24,000 nucleotides of DNA from Streptosporangiaceae bacterium (lineage in GTDB: Bacteria > Actinomycetota > Actinomycetes > Streptosporangiales > Streptosporangiaceae): contig DATIYI010000061.1 of the NCBI GenBank assembly GCA_035517695.1, forward strand, positions 1 through 24,000. The letters run 5' to 3'. Below, in pieces: positions 23,617 through 24,000 of the stretch. Below the pieces are notes generated by a model. It was not told the origin of the DNA. It saw only the letters and a list, made by a program, of their open reading frames with translations, and did not search any database. Made by a program: the position numbers and the translations under genes. The first letter of the stretch is position 1, and the number at the start of each line of letters is the position of its first letter.

Positions 23617-23920
23617 TCAATCGAGATCAAAGGCAGCATGAATGGCGGCGGTCAGGGTGATCTCTTGCCCTGGCAGCAGGTAGCCGATCTGTCTGACGGC
23701 CCAGGTCGCTGATGAGGATGGTCACGATGTTGTCGCAACTGACCACGCACTCCTGGTCGAGCCCGTTCGCGGGGCCGACTGGCACCTCGGTCGAAATGCG
23801 GAGAGCGGTGGAGGTAATGGGGGCCACGGTCACCCGTGCCAGCTGCGGCCGGACCAGTTCCCGAGTCAAGATCAGGACAGGCTGGGTCTTGTCCAGGCTG
23901 GCCGTGTGGATCGGGCGCAC
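23617..23920 (-). pseudogene. mazF: MazF/PemK-family type II toxin with a +4 frameshift near its 3' end
   Basis: MRPIHTASLDKTQPVLILTRELVRPQLARVTVAPITSTALRISTEVPVGPANGLDQECVVSCDNIVTILISDLGRQ matches the mycobacterial MazF3-like subfamily from memory. After the plus-strand tandem TCTG-TCTG (23688-23695) the frame is lost. Removing 4 nt restores IGYLLPGQEITLTAAIHAAFDLD, stopping at 23617-23619, and gives exactly 100 codons. Confidence 0.7.
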
Positions 23921-23949
23921 TAGCCTAGGCCCAAGGGCAGATGGGTCAC

Positions 23950-24000
23950 CTATGCCGCAAGGCTGTCCATGTCGGGATCGGCACCGGCCTCGGCCAAGAT
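23950..24000 (-). CDS. C-terminal fragment of the putative cognate antitoxin (MazE-like); the rest lies outside the window
   Basis: The minus-strand frame reads ...ILAEAGADPDMDSLAA, then TAG (23950-23952), 29 nt upstream of the toxin start. The call is positional only, since just 16 aa are visible. Confidence 0.3.
   Translation of the reverse strand: MLAEAGADPDMDSLAA

Overview
This is a high-GC (about 70% by eye) actinobacterial chromosomal segment. From about 9.3 kb to 23.5 kb it is a conserved housekeeping block: nei, a DUF4232 lipoprotein, an SCP2 protein, then the classic actinobacterial run tlyA-nadK-recN ... steA-steB. Here that run continues without intergenic gaps into a MraY/WecA-like membrane protein, murJ and a GT4 glycosyltransferase. 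It ends at a frameshifted mazF-like toxin with the tail of its antitoxin at the window edge. The left ~6 kb looks accessory. It holds a disrupted transposase-like ORF running off the edge, a dense inverted/direct-repeat element, a LysM-transglycosylase, a ~50% GC islet encoding a tiny two-TM protein, and a ~600-aa secreted protein built from five Ig-like repeats. Between the two regions lie a decayed FAD-monooxygenase, a hypothetical gene, an SDR and a SAM-methyltransferase. Three themes stand out. (1) The gap-free five-gene envelope operon steA-steB-mraY-like-murJ-GT4 is my best candidate for an undescribed septum-linked lipid-linked-glycan module. (2) Short tandem repeats are unusually dense, including four unrelated arrays of exactly 15 bp kept in frame inside recN, the MraY-like gene, murJ and the GT4 gene, plus intergenic 14-, 16- and 22-bp arrays. 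(3) Four decayed genes occur in 24 kb. I recognised no rRNA, tRNA or CRISPR array. All family assignments come from motif recognition by eye, not from searches.
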